DNA of 64,000 nt from Apostichopus japonicus (lineage: Eukaryota): contig NC_092565.1 in NCBI RefSeq assembly GCF_037975245.1, forward strand, positions 23,274,063 to 23,338,062, in the 5' to 3' direction. Within the stretch, counting starts at the first letter, position 1. Every line of letters begins with the position of its first letter. Positions 1 to 11,925 of this stretch are shown here, one piece after another. The position numbers and the translations under genes were made by a program. Under the pieces are notes generated by a model. The model had not been told where the DNA came from, did no database searches, and was given only the letters and a program-made list of their open reading frames with translations.

Positions 1-50
1 GTATATATATAAATATACACACATATATAAATATATATATATATATAAAG
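1..50. repeat. (TA)n-like simple repeat at window edge
   Basis: gtatatatataaatatacacacatatataaatatatatatatatataaag read directly. Confidence 0.6.
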
Positions 51-3000
51 ATATTACCTACAATATTTCCAGCCGTAGCTCTACACGCCTGTGCCTCATT
101 ATCGCACTGCATGTTGAAGCCTGTGACAGCCGATTATTTTCATTTCTTGTCAATCGGCGTGCCATCATTTTTGAAAGGTGCATGTTTTTATTGCTGGTGT
201 ACTCTACCCCCTTCGTTTGCTAAACAGTACACCCTAGAACTCTTGGAAGGGTTTCGCTGTCAGGAACCTTATCCTTCCCAGATATTCGTTTAGTAGTTTC
301 ACCTGACAAGTTAAATACCGCGTCATATCAAATCCGCATGAGCATAAATTGATGGACGAAGTTTTTTGGAAAATGTCAGGTTCTTGATGGGTGGTCCAAG
401 ATAAAATGAAGGGCGCATTGTTTTGACAAGGGATGTTGTACCGGACTTAACTATGCATCTCCCAGTCAAACTTGACACGGGTCTGTCAATCAACCCCTCA
501 TCCAATCACTGTTATCCTAAAAATCTTTCTAATTGCCTCTTGAGATTCCATAAGGAGGGTTTTGATTGGCCTGCAGGTAAAGAATCTCTTGAACCACTCA
601 CTTAGCACTGTTAGAACATAGCTGCCGGCCCGAGGGCTGCATCCCCGTTGTGAAAAGTAATTTGCAGGCGGGCTATAATATCAACAAAATCCCTATATTC
701 GCTGCTGTCGTCTGCTCATCATCGCGAGCTCGATTCTTATCAAAACCAATCACCTCTGCATACTCTCCGCTCTCTTTCCAAACTCAGATAATTCTCTGTC
801 CTCTCTCCTTCTCTCTCTTCTAAACAGTCAGTTGGTTATATCAATGAGATGACACAAAAGAAGGAATGATGTCTGATATAGCCCCAGGGAAAACAGCGAG
901 AAGTTTTCTTTCGCAATATGAGTTTTAAAATATGACTCTACAAACACATTGACAAGAATGTGAAAAATCAACAGAGTAATGAGGCCAATATCGCGACTGG
1001 TTCCTTTCTGCGTGCTTGATAGTCGAGTTGATTGATAAGTTTTTCCTGAGATGTTGTCCATCGTATACATTCAAAACAGTCTAAATTGTTTTCATAAATT
1101 GGTGTTCCTGTTTATCTAATCGTTCTTTAATCTATCGGTCACGTGGATGATTGGCGTTTAGGAATGGCTTGTTGATGAGATTGCATCTGTAGTCTGCCAT
1201 CGCTGCACGGAGAAGCTTGCCCGTGTAGTATAGACATACACTACCTATTATAACACGACTAATCAAACAAGGAAAGAAATGTTTATTTAGATTTACACAG
1301 ATGCGCATAAACTTTTACTCTATCGAACTCAATGAAGATTAAAATGTCTGTAATAGATGAAACCTGATGTTAGTCATGCGAGAGCGGAGAATCCGAAGGG
1401 ATGAATCAGGGGCAATCAGTGATAAAAGAAACAATCACAAGTGCGGATAGGAAATAAATCATACGCTGTTTTTATATACACTCGTCAAGAATAAAAATAA
1501 TGAGGGGAGGGGGGGGGAAGAGATATAATAAAATTGGATAATTAGAGATGATCTGTGCTTAATGGCTGATTTCATTTGGACAAGGGTGAAAGCTGGGAGG
1601 ATAAAAAAATACTGGGAATTATGGACAGATAGAAAATAGTTAAAGGAGGAGGGCCAGAAAAAGTAGTCTGTAAAAGTTAGTATGTAGTATAAGAATAAAA
1701 GGTTTTCAAGTGCAAATTGATTTAAAAGTGACACTGTACCCCTACCCCCAAACCACCCCTGCACCCCGAAAACTTACCATATGGTAACTCAGCTTACTGA
1801 AAATTTTGTTTTCATGAATAATTTGTGTCAAAGGAAACTTTCATAGAAAATTGTAGGCCTATCTGATATTATCGATCATGCATATGTAACATTCAGACAG
1901 GACAACTTGAAATGGTTATATAGGTCAAAGGTTATAGCATTAAATTTATACGCCACTTGGATACATTTCATTGCAACGGCGGGAAGCGGTTACCACGGTA
2001 ATAAGTATCGTCCACAATCAAAGATATAGGTTTGCATAATGTGGGCTATGCTATACACGATGCTTTCTCATGTCTTAACATCCATGCATGGCACGCCGAT
2101 CATGACAAATTAGTCAGTTTTGTTGTTAGCTGTTTTCCGCTCTTTCACTTCTTACTTTTTGCTTTCCTATCCTATTCTTGTTTTTCTTTCCTTTTTTTCT
2201 TCTTTTTGGTTAGCTGTATACATTCAATGTATGAGTAGTACTAGTAGTATAGGTCACATACCTTTCAAGAAAAGACACGACACTTATAATGTTCCATTTG
2301 ATTTCATAAGAAACTGTTTATCTCTGACAAGGTATTTTAGTCTCTCTCTCTCTCTCTGTCTCTCCTAAAACCCTTTCAAGTCGATCATTGAGATGTCTCT
2401 CTTCTGTTTAATTGTCCAATCTGAAGAAGATTCTCTTGTGATCGCTTTTAACGACTTTTCAATCGTTACAAAGAGACTTTGCAAGGATTAGTAAACGGCC
2501 TCCGACCGCGCAATTAGTGGACCATTCTTGGCTGGTGTTATCTTCGACACTTCTTCTTTCAAAGAAAAACTCAAAGGCTTTCATTCACTCCTGACACTTA
2601 AGGCAAGAGAAAGTATATAAGCTTGTTCATGAAGAAAGATCGAAGACACTCCGGAAATATTTGCTTGGGATTCTCTTGTCACTTAAAAGAAACTTCTTCC
2701 TCTTATTATTTTCACCTGGGGCTAGAAAAGAAACAGCTAAACCCTACCCCTCCTCCCCCTTTACAATTGTCTATTGACTAACTATTGTTTAGTATTTACT
2801 TAAGTGGTTTTCAAGTACCTCATTACTGATCAATACATAGACGAAATGTATATGTTTGTAAACGATTGACGTATATGCAGAGCATGTCAGGGGCTGAAGT
2901 CTCACTTTTATAATTACTGGGTTATAGTCCCGGTTGACCCTGTTATTATTATTATTATTTTTTTTGTACACATCTCCGAGTCAGAAATTTGGGGGCTGTA

Positions 3001-6000
3001 TGCATTACGTATCTATTTTCGCCTTAAAGTTTACTATGAAATATAGAAAACATTACTCATCCTTCTAAAGTTTCCCAGGTCCCCTAAATTATTGACCCCC
3101 TCTGTAGCCTTCTCTGACCCCACGTGGCCCTTCATCAGCCCTCACTATACCTGACTGAATTCAAATAAAGCCGGGTCTCGATGTAATTGGTCGTTATCAA
3201 GAGTCAACATGGTCTACAACAAGCTTCCATTGGACTAACAGATTTGTTAGGCTATGAACCAGTTTTGTGTACGTTTCTCGTCTTCATTTTTAGCCTCGCT
3301 TTTAACTGATCCTCTGCTACGCAGCTCCATAAAATTGTGACGTTTGTTTGGACAATACTCGACTAAATATAGTATGCATATTCATTATATGAAGGCATTT
3401 CGCGATGTTGATTTGGAATTCCTATATATACCTTGTTGGCGTAGAAACATGAGAGTTGCACATTTTGCGGCTCCTTCACATGGAGAAATGCATGAAATGT
3501 GAAACTCGTAACGGCAGGGTCAACCATGACTACACCCAGGCGTATGGTGCGATATGTATTAATAACCCAGAAATACTCCAGGCATTTATCGGGTCAATGT
3601 GAATAGAGAAATCAAATGTCTTGGAATATAATGTTTCCCAGTTATGATGCATGCTATATAGACACAAACTGGCCATGTCGAACTAAACTTTCAAGCTTTA
3701 TTATCTTAGTTATACACAAATGATGTAATCAGCACCCCATTTTAATTATAAAAAATAGTACATAAATAATAATAATAACACATTCACAACATCTTATGTA
3801 CTGCATTCAGTGGTTTCATATTTAATTTGCCCCGGAATGCCCAAATCTTTCACCTTTTTTTTTAATTTTAATTATTTTCTTGTCTATTGAATGAGATATC
3901 GTTTCAACTCCACAACCAATTTTTGTTTACCACATACACCGTACGCACAATTTTACCGCCTATCACGTTTCCTACACTACTAAGTTTTCATGGTAACTAT
4001 TATTTTTTTTTAAAGCAGGTTAGATCAATTTCTAGCCAAGAGCTACAGGGTACTACAGATGGGACTCTTGAAGGGATATGGTAGGTACTTCATCCAACAC
4101 AGCGGGTCCGTAAGGAGGGGTAGAATTAAGTTTCATTTCCAATTGAGTGAAAGCTTGCCTTAAGAGGTGACCCATTGAGGGTACCTCAAAAGCTACTAAA
4201 GCTTCACACCACTTGAGTCAAAAAAGGCCGGTCAATCAAGGTTCATATACAAAGTTGCCTCTTCTTCTCTCTGTCTGCTGATAGATTCCAAAGTGGAGAG
4301 TTTACTATCTCCCTTCAATGTTTGTTATCCTCTTTGAAATGACATGAAAACTGTCAATACGAACAAAGCATCTCAAGAGCTATTGTGGTGGATTACTGTA
4401 AAGGTAAGCCCCCAGGTAAACAGGTCTGCTCAGGTATCTTTTGGGGGGTTGTTTCTTTGTTTACTTTGAAGAACCCAACAGGACGAGTCGGGTGTGAATT
4501 CAGTATTCAAAACTAGATTGCCGTCAATTATTTACCTATTGTCATCGTTAGGGACTAATGAAGTTGTTAGTTGCTACTGACACTTTTGGTCAAACTTGGC
4601 TGGATGACGAGCCTACCTGTTCAAAAACGGATCGAGGGAGGATTTGGGTCTTTTAAAAAAAAACACTTGGACCAACAGGGGGTCTTCTTGTACTTAGTAT
4701 ATATACCCCCATTGGTTGATCACATATCCTCGGTCTTTTCTTCCAAACTTTTAATTGGGACATCCAGGAGAGATGAGGGGTGCGAAATTAGTAAGATTTC
4801 ATGATTTTACAATCTCTCAAGTGGGGCAGAACTACGGAAACAACAAAAACGTGACGTAATCTTACAAGGCACTTGAATTTTTGTGAGAAACCCTATCGTT
4901 TTTAGCTGTTGATCACACACGGAGTTTCTCGTAATCTAAATGAGGAAGAAGTCATCACGTTATTGACACAAATATCACTGACAGGTTTGGTTGCTAACGT
5001 GTAGTGGAACAAGTGAACACAAATGGACGTATAAATGAGGCTGTTTTTGAGAGGGGGAGGGTAGGGGGCTGTGGTGTTGAAGAACTTTAGAAGTCCCTGC
5101 TCTCAGTCAATGTTTTTTTTTCTATAACCATTATTTTAAATTGTTTATTGTTTATATTTTACAAATAACTCTCGGAATGACAGTGGCTGATTCACCTAGT
5201 TTTAGCACGCGCATAAACCATTGGGTCATCTCACTATAGAAACAATCCAACTTAATTAAACAAAGGATGTTTTAATGGCTTTAAGAATCATGGTTGCAAT
5301 GATTTACAAAACTTGTCAAAGAAAAAAAACAGGTGTTGAATGTCAGCCAAAGATGAGATTCCAATTTGTTACACATTTACAAGAAAATCTAGTTTCTTCA
5401 GTTGCTAGAATTAATAAAACAATGGATTACATTATAACCATGTATTCTATACAGAGAAGCCGAAGTTATAATCAATTTCATCTGAATTCAACGAGCTTTC
5501 CAAGCAGTTAGCGGCATGAATTAAAAATAAATATCTTGTTACCCTGGGTATTTGTTCTACATAATTATGTCATGCAATCCATTATTTCCTAATAATTGTC
5601 CGATAATGACATAACAACACTGAAAATTTGATTCATAAAGTCATTCTTTAAGGGGATAATCAATATTTCCTAGCTATACATGTACATAAAAGTGGTCACT
5701 ACAAATGCTAAAGTTCTGCTACACTCGGATGGTATATACTGACAACTTGCACAAGGACATCCAATTGTCTTATTTTATACTCCTGATATATCTAGGGTAT
5801 TATATTGATAAAATCCAATTTTAGTATGCTAAATGTGGGAACAATGGGTGGACATAATGTACGCTAATGAAGGATTGTAATGTTATTATTATAGTGTTGA
5901 TATGTGCACACGATAAAACTTTAAAATAAACTGAAATACCTATGTTCAGGTCACATGCATTCCCTTTTGGGGTTACCAAGATGGTCATTAGTGGCGTGTA

Positions 6001-6724
6001 ACTAGGCCGTTGCGAACTCGCGGTCCGGGTCACAAGGGGAGGGGAAGGGGAGGGGGGGCGGAGTCATGAACCGCAAAGAAAGACCACATATCGGCTGAAA
6101 ACAATATCTTATTAATTTTCTTTTGTCTTGAATATTCTTGACAGTTCTCTTCAGATACCCACTGCAAAACGGAAATTCAAACGAAAGCCTGCCCTCAACA
6201 GATGAAGACCGATAAAGGTCCTATCTTGGCGGCTAGACATGCATGGCAAATATCAAGAAATTCTGGACTATCCTTTGGGCCCTTTGCTATAAGCGAATCG
6301 GGTCCAGGTTACTCTTTGTTACATAGCTGTATGGTGGTCATCAGTAATATATAGGCCTATATTGAATGTCCACAGTAATCCTCTGAAGCAATTGTTTTGA
6401 TGACTTCATCTCCTCTGTACTACTGTGACCTTGTGGTAGAAATTTTAATATCTATAAAAATGCGCTATTATAGCGATTATATTTTAGAATAATTTCTTAA
6501 TAAAACAGTTTTTTTTTAAGGTAGTGATCTAAACTAATACAATGCCGTAGTAACTGTTATCGGCGATTTGTAACTTGACAAAAATATTATTTTCCTGCCG
6601 AGGTTATCATTACATGGAACTTTAATCTACACTGTATCAAACACTGAATTTATTTGACAGTTTTGGAATTATATTTGATTATTACGAAGTCATCATAGCG
6701 TTGTAATTCCTTTCTAATCACAAT

Positions 6725-6732
6725 GTTGCTTG
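6725..6732. repeat. target-site duplication GTTGCTTG (left)
   Basis: identical 8-mer at 7997-8004 flanking the inverted termini. Confidence 0.55.
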
Positions 6733-7996
6733 CAGGGACGTAGCTAAGGCCTGATGATTGGGGGGGTGTAGTGTCTGAAATTCCAACTGGATGGGTTTTG
6801 GAGCAAGAAAATTCCGACTGCTGCCTTGTACCCATCCCCCCACCACCCCCCCCCCCGTACTACTCGTCAACATTAACATGTCGAACGCGCGCGTAGCGCG
6901 CGGAAAATTTTTTCGATACATTTGTACACAGGCCCTCACTTCACAAACTTATTAATCACTCTGGCTAAGCAAGTTAGCAACTGAGTAAAGTTATCTGCTT
7001 CTAGGCTACATAGACTACTAACTACAAAAGCTTAATGTAACAAAGGGGAAATTGTTTTGCAACAAATTATATTCGACGACATAGTGAATTACCAAAAAAT
7101 ACAGTGCTTTTTACTAGCACGCTTAATATTGTTTTCTTGGGGGGGAGGGGGGCTATTTATCACTCACATGAAAAACTTTCAATTGTGCGCTTCATTCCAA
7201 CTGAGCATTCAGAATGAAGTGAACAATTAAACATTTTGCAGAAAAATGTTGAGTTGACGAGATATGATAAGTTGTCAATTAAACATTTTGCAGAAAAATG
7301 TCCAATTGACGAGATAGGCTATGATAAGTAATTGTCAATTAAACATTTTCAGAAATTTTTCAATTGCTCAGTTAAAGCAACTGAGCAATCCAACATTTTT
7401 CTGATTTTGATAAGATTTTATCTTGTTATCTAAACAATTTACTGAAAAATGTCAACTTATGGGGCAAAGTTTTTCTTATTGATGGCATTTTTAAGCTTCC
7501 GTAGATTAACATTGCGCGTTTTAATCGTATACCATACAATGTATATCCTGAACTTATTTGAAGCTAGCGCACAGGGTCAACCCAGCAAATAGCAAAATTT
7601 AATACATGAATTAACCGAATTGAAGCTGGCGAACTTTGTACAGTAGTTCTATTAGAATTTTTTTTTTTTTTTAGAGTATTCAAAATCATACGAAGTTTTG
7701 TATGGTGGAGTATAAGGATCGCGAGATACAATTTCTCAATGTGACAAGGAAAACGTGGTAAATATCACTGATCAAAGGTCAATTTTGACCAAAAATTTTA
7801 GGTCAATCAAAAATTACAAGAATATGTGAAAATGAGAGTGCGACAGTCGGAAAATTAGAATGCGACAGTTGGAAAATTTAGAGTGCGACAGTCGGAAATT
7901 CCGACTGTGGCACTGAAATTTTCCAACTATCGTCAGTTTTACCAAGATTGGGGGGGTGAGACACCCCCCCACACCCCCCCTCTAGCGACGTCCCTG
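6733..7996. mobile_element. non-autonomous hAT-like DNA transposon (about 1.26 kb) with imperfect TIRs
   Basis: Left end CAGGGACGTAGCTAAGG. Right end reverse-complement CAGGGACGTCGCTAGAG (14/16 identity). Terminus CAGGG fits the hAT YARNG consensus. Perfect 8-bp direct repeat GTTGCTTG immediately outside both ends (6725-6732 and 7997-8004). Subterminal repeats ccgactg/gcgacagtcgg. No transposase-sized ORF. Confidence 0.55.
7216..7400. repeat. three tandem units of about 60 bp, each with a hairpin-forming inverted repeat aacatttt-gcaga-aaaatgtt
   Basis: caattaaacattttgcagaaaaatgt...gacgagata repeated at about 7222, 7277 and 7335. Lies inside the hAT-like element. Confidence 0.5.
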
Positions 7997-8004
7997 GTTG
8001 CTTG
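7997..8004. repeat. target-site duplication GTTGCTTG (right)
   Basis: identical 8-mer at 6725-6732. Confidence 0.55.
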
Positions 8005-11000
8005 TCAGAGTGACACAGACATCATCAGCAAATCTTTCATTGATTTTCAGACGTTACCGTATGGGTCGGTTCTTATGACTGGGAAGGAGCCTGGTCAATG
8101 TTATTGTCTGGGGGTACATGGGTTATCGAGGGTTAAAACGACGTGATTTGGATCCAGAAAGCGAAGCCAACCAATCGGTTGACGCAGCAATTTCAGAAAT
8201 CTTGTTCTTTTGTACAGTGCATGTCAGAGAGATGATTGGGATGGATGCATCTCCTTATATCTTCATTTTGCTTTTATTTTATCAAATTCTTGCAGTGTGT
8301 GTGCGTGTTGGTAGGGTAGGGGTGCGGTTATTCCCGGTTCTATGCCTCTTGAATTTGAGGGTTATCGGATGATGCTGCCTCAAATTTTGGTCAGTAATTG
8401 GGGAGAGGGGGGGGAGGGATAAAACTAGAGCTAGCCATATAGCACGGACTATATTCACTTTGCAATGTACAACCCGTTCCTCTCTCTCCACCTCTGTGGA
8501 GTTGGCGTTGAGCGAAAGGCAATGTTGGTTATATCGTCCATCTTCTCCAGTGGAATCCTTGATGAAGGTATCTTTAAGAAGACACGATCTGGCCGATGTA
8601 TCATGGTTTTGTTCATGAAACGTTTCTTTCTTTTACAATTTACAAATTTGTAGTTCAAGTTCTTGTTGTGTGCTTTCTTATAACAGGCCCTTTATCCAAC
8701 CACTTGAAGCCTAGACCTAACTAATTGTGTGTATAGAGAGAAATTCCCACTGTTGTACACCAAACTAAGAGATTTCGCCCGAATGATTCGGTGGCTCTAT
8801 GCTCTTCACGTTTCTTGGCACAACTTAAAGAGGACACAATTGGTGTATTCTCATTGTTGTTTGTGTCAACCATAGCAGATCCATGAAGGGGGGGGGGGTG
8901 GGTCGGGTCTTATAGGAAGAGACGAGCCATTTCTCCATTAGCATAATGAACCGAGGGCAGGGGTGGGTTACACCTTCAGAGACAGATGAAGTAAAAAAAT
9001 CCAGGAAGAGAAATACTCTTAAAGGAATAATGAGAGGCCTACCTACCATCAGTAAATGAGAAGACCTATAACAAACATGAACGCAGCAAACAATTTCGCA
9101 CCCAAATACAGCCTTCTTTTCAAATTTCAACTTACCATATATATCAGTGAATCACCATGGTGAACAAACACTATATTTTGTCTATGACATCACATCAGGA
9201 ACTTTAAAACAGCCATCAGCAATTTGGATTTAAATTTCCGTTAATTTTACCAAACCTATAGAGTAATACTTGAAAATAACATTACATTTGATCAACCTAC
9301 AATACCCATCCCTTTTACAGCCTCATCAGAAAGAAAAAAAACAAGTCAAAACCTTACTCAGCGAATGATTAAGGATTCCACTCGATTCTAAGTTTCATCG
9401 GCCAGACACTTCTTCCTGTAAGTATCAATCACATGTAAACAACAGAGGATGATGACAAAGAAATGTCTGCATGAACCAAATATATATATATCTTTGTCAG
9501 TGTCATCGCTAGAAAGAGCATTGTGAGCATCGTTCCAGAACTCTCTATCTTATAATGAAATTGACCTGCAAATACGGTAACACTAATTCGAGTCCGAGGT
9601 TTGTATAGTATAGGAGTACAACAGCATGAGATCGAGAACCAGCGATTAATTATTATAGCTGAAATGTCCTACATGTAAGGTTTATTGATGAAAGATTTCC
9701 AACAAGTTTAGAATAGAGGGCGGTAACATCTTATTGATAAAAGGCATCAGGGGGGCACAACCACCGTTTTGAACTAGGGGGAGGGGTTAAGATGTTAAGC
9801 CATTTAAGGGGAGGGAGTTAGGGGAGGAGATGTCCACTCCCTATTGAACATTTTTGGTTAGATGGAGGGTACTTAGATGCAAAATGGTGCTACTGTGTGC
9901 ATCTTATGAAACAATGTTGAAAAATTCCAGGCCGTTTGGGTTGTATCACACATAACTGTTATGTATTTAGGTATGGATGCTAGGACTATTTCTTAATATT
10001 GTATGCCAGTGGGGAAGGGGAGGGGGGGGGAGGGCTGACCATCCAATTGATTTTACAGAGGTATATATGACTGTGCCCGTGAAGAGCATCGTAATAGGTT
10101 ATGAAGACTTGTTTTTCAAAGAAATATTATCCAATTATTTGTATTATGGTGAGTTTTTCCATCATAATCTTGGATTATGTACAGCTGTATATGCTGTAAT
10201 TTTACCTTAAGAGGGCCCAAAAAAAAAGTCTTGAAGTCACAGAAATGCTGGTGTTATTCAGCTTGTATTTATGGATACAAAGAGAATCATTAATATTTAC
10301 AATTAGTAACATTCATTAAATCCCCACTCCTACAAGACCCCCCTCCCCCTCCTCCACCTCTCCTTTTGACCTTTCCAAGAACAATAAGGCTTTTGGCAGC
10401 AGTGTTTGTTTCGTAAATATTACCAACTCTATGGTGAACTAATGAAAAGTCAAAACACAATGTGACTGATCAAACTTACAACATTTTCCATAACTTTTTC
10501 TACAAAGTGAAAGTTGATGATTACTTGTTGATTTTGTTTGTCAACATTTTGGTAGTCAAGACTCATTTTTCATGTCTGTATTATGATTATCAGTTATAAC
10601 ATGCAAAGAGCAACTTTGACAAATTCAAACTTTGGACTTGTACTTTATTATTTTGAACAGAGTGTTGACTAGTTAAGCTTAAGAGTTACATTGATGTCAG
10701 ATTCTTGAATTACATAACATCTTAAAACTGATCAAATTTCAACAAGATCACGATCAACAGGAACTTGAACAGAAACTTGAACAAAACCATTGATTAAATT
10801 AAGACAGCCCTTGTAGACATTTTGTACCCGAATGCATCAGTACTGACCAAGTCTATGAGAGTCTAAAAAGTGAATTGAAATGGCACTATTTTATGTTTTT
10901 GCTTATCACATACAAACAAACATACAAACAAACAAAATATACAAACAAACATACAAACTGACAAGTCATCAACTACGAGGGAACATAGTGCTTTGTTATG

Positions 11001-11798
11001 GGACAGGTTTTTAGTATTAACAGCTTACCAAAGTTAATGCAAATACTGCTTCAGCACTTGTCAAGAAATAATGGATAATTCTGAGAATCTTGCAATTTTT
11101 AAAAGAAAACTCAAAACATATTTATTTCCTGGCTAATCACTTTTATACTCAATTTTTAATTTTTGTATTCATTATATTTCATATTTTTGAATTTTTCTTT
11201 TAGATTTTATATAACATTTTGCATTTTCTTTTTTTCTCTTTGATTTTCATAGCAATTGTATATTTTTTTGTACATTCATCTAGTACATTTTTCTACGCCA
11301 TTTGAGATCTTATTTTCTTATGATTGGTTTTTTTCTTTCTTTGTATTTTGTTGTTAAGCGCAACCGAAAACTTTGTTGGGGTTGCGCTATATGAAATTCA
11401 ATAAATAATAATAATAATAATTAGTACCCCATGCCTAACCATTCCTCCCCACCCCTCCCCGACACCACTTTTGCAAAATTCCTGCCAAAAAAATCCCTCT
11501 TCTGCATAATCGTCATTAGAATGAGAACTCCTCAGTTCATTTGGACGTTTGATAGAATGCAGCCTTCATTTCTGCATTTTACCCAGTTGTCCCTGGAGCC
11601 ATCTTTGTCTCTCTATTGACTCTACCTAATACCACCTTTTACGGAAAGAGTCTTCCTTAAATGAAACCCTCACATATCAATGTTTTCATTTGACATCAAT
11701 CCACAAGTCTAGTCCAACCTGCAGGGGTAGTATAACATATTGGACAGAGAGTTTGTAGTTGCTGTTCTCTTCTACACAGTTTGTTTTTGATACCCTGA

Positions 11799-11925
11799 TC
11801 AATTTTTGGGTTTCGTTTCTTGATCCGAAACATTTCTGATGAAGATGGCGTCCTCGGGATGTTCCACATCCTCTCCCATCTCAAACATATACGATGAAGC
11901 AATGGCCAGAGTGGATCCATCGTTA
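11799..11925 (-). CDS. BUB3: BUB3 coding exon 6 (terminal, stop TGA at 11801-11799)
   Basis: (S)[41 protein letters not shown]. Acceptor cag at 11928-11926. Confidence 0.85.

Noticed and set aside
2032-2368. Two overlapping T/C-rich ORFs
   Set aside because: Low-complexity pyrimidine tract ((CT)n and T-runs). Leu/Phe/Ser-rich translation typical of simple sequence.
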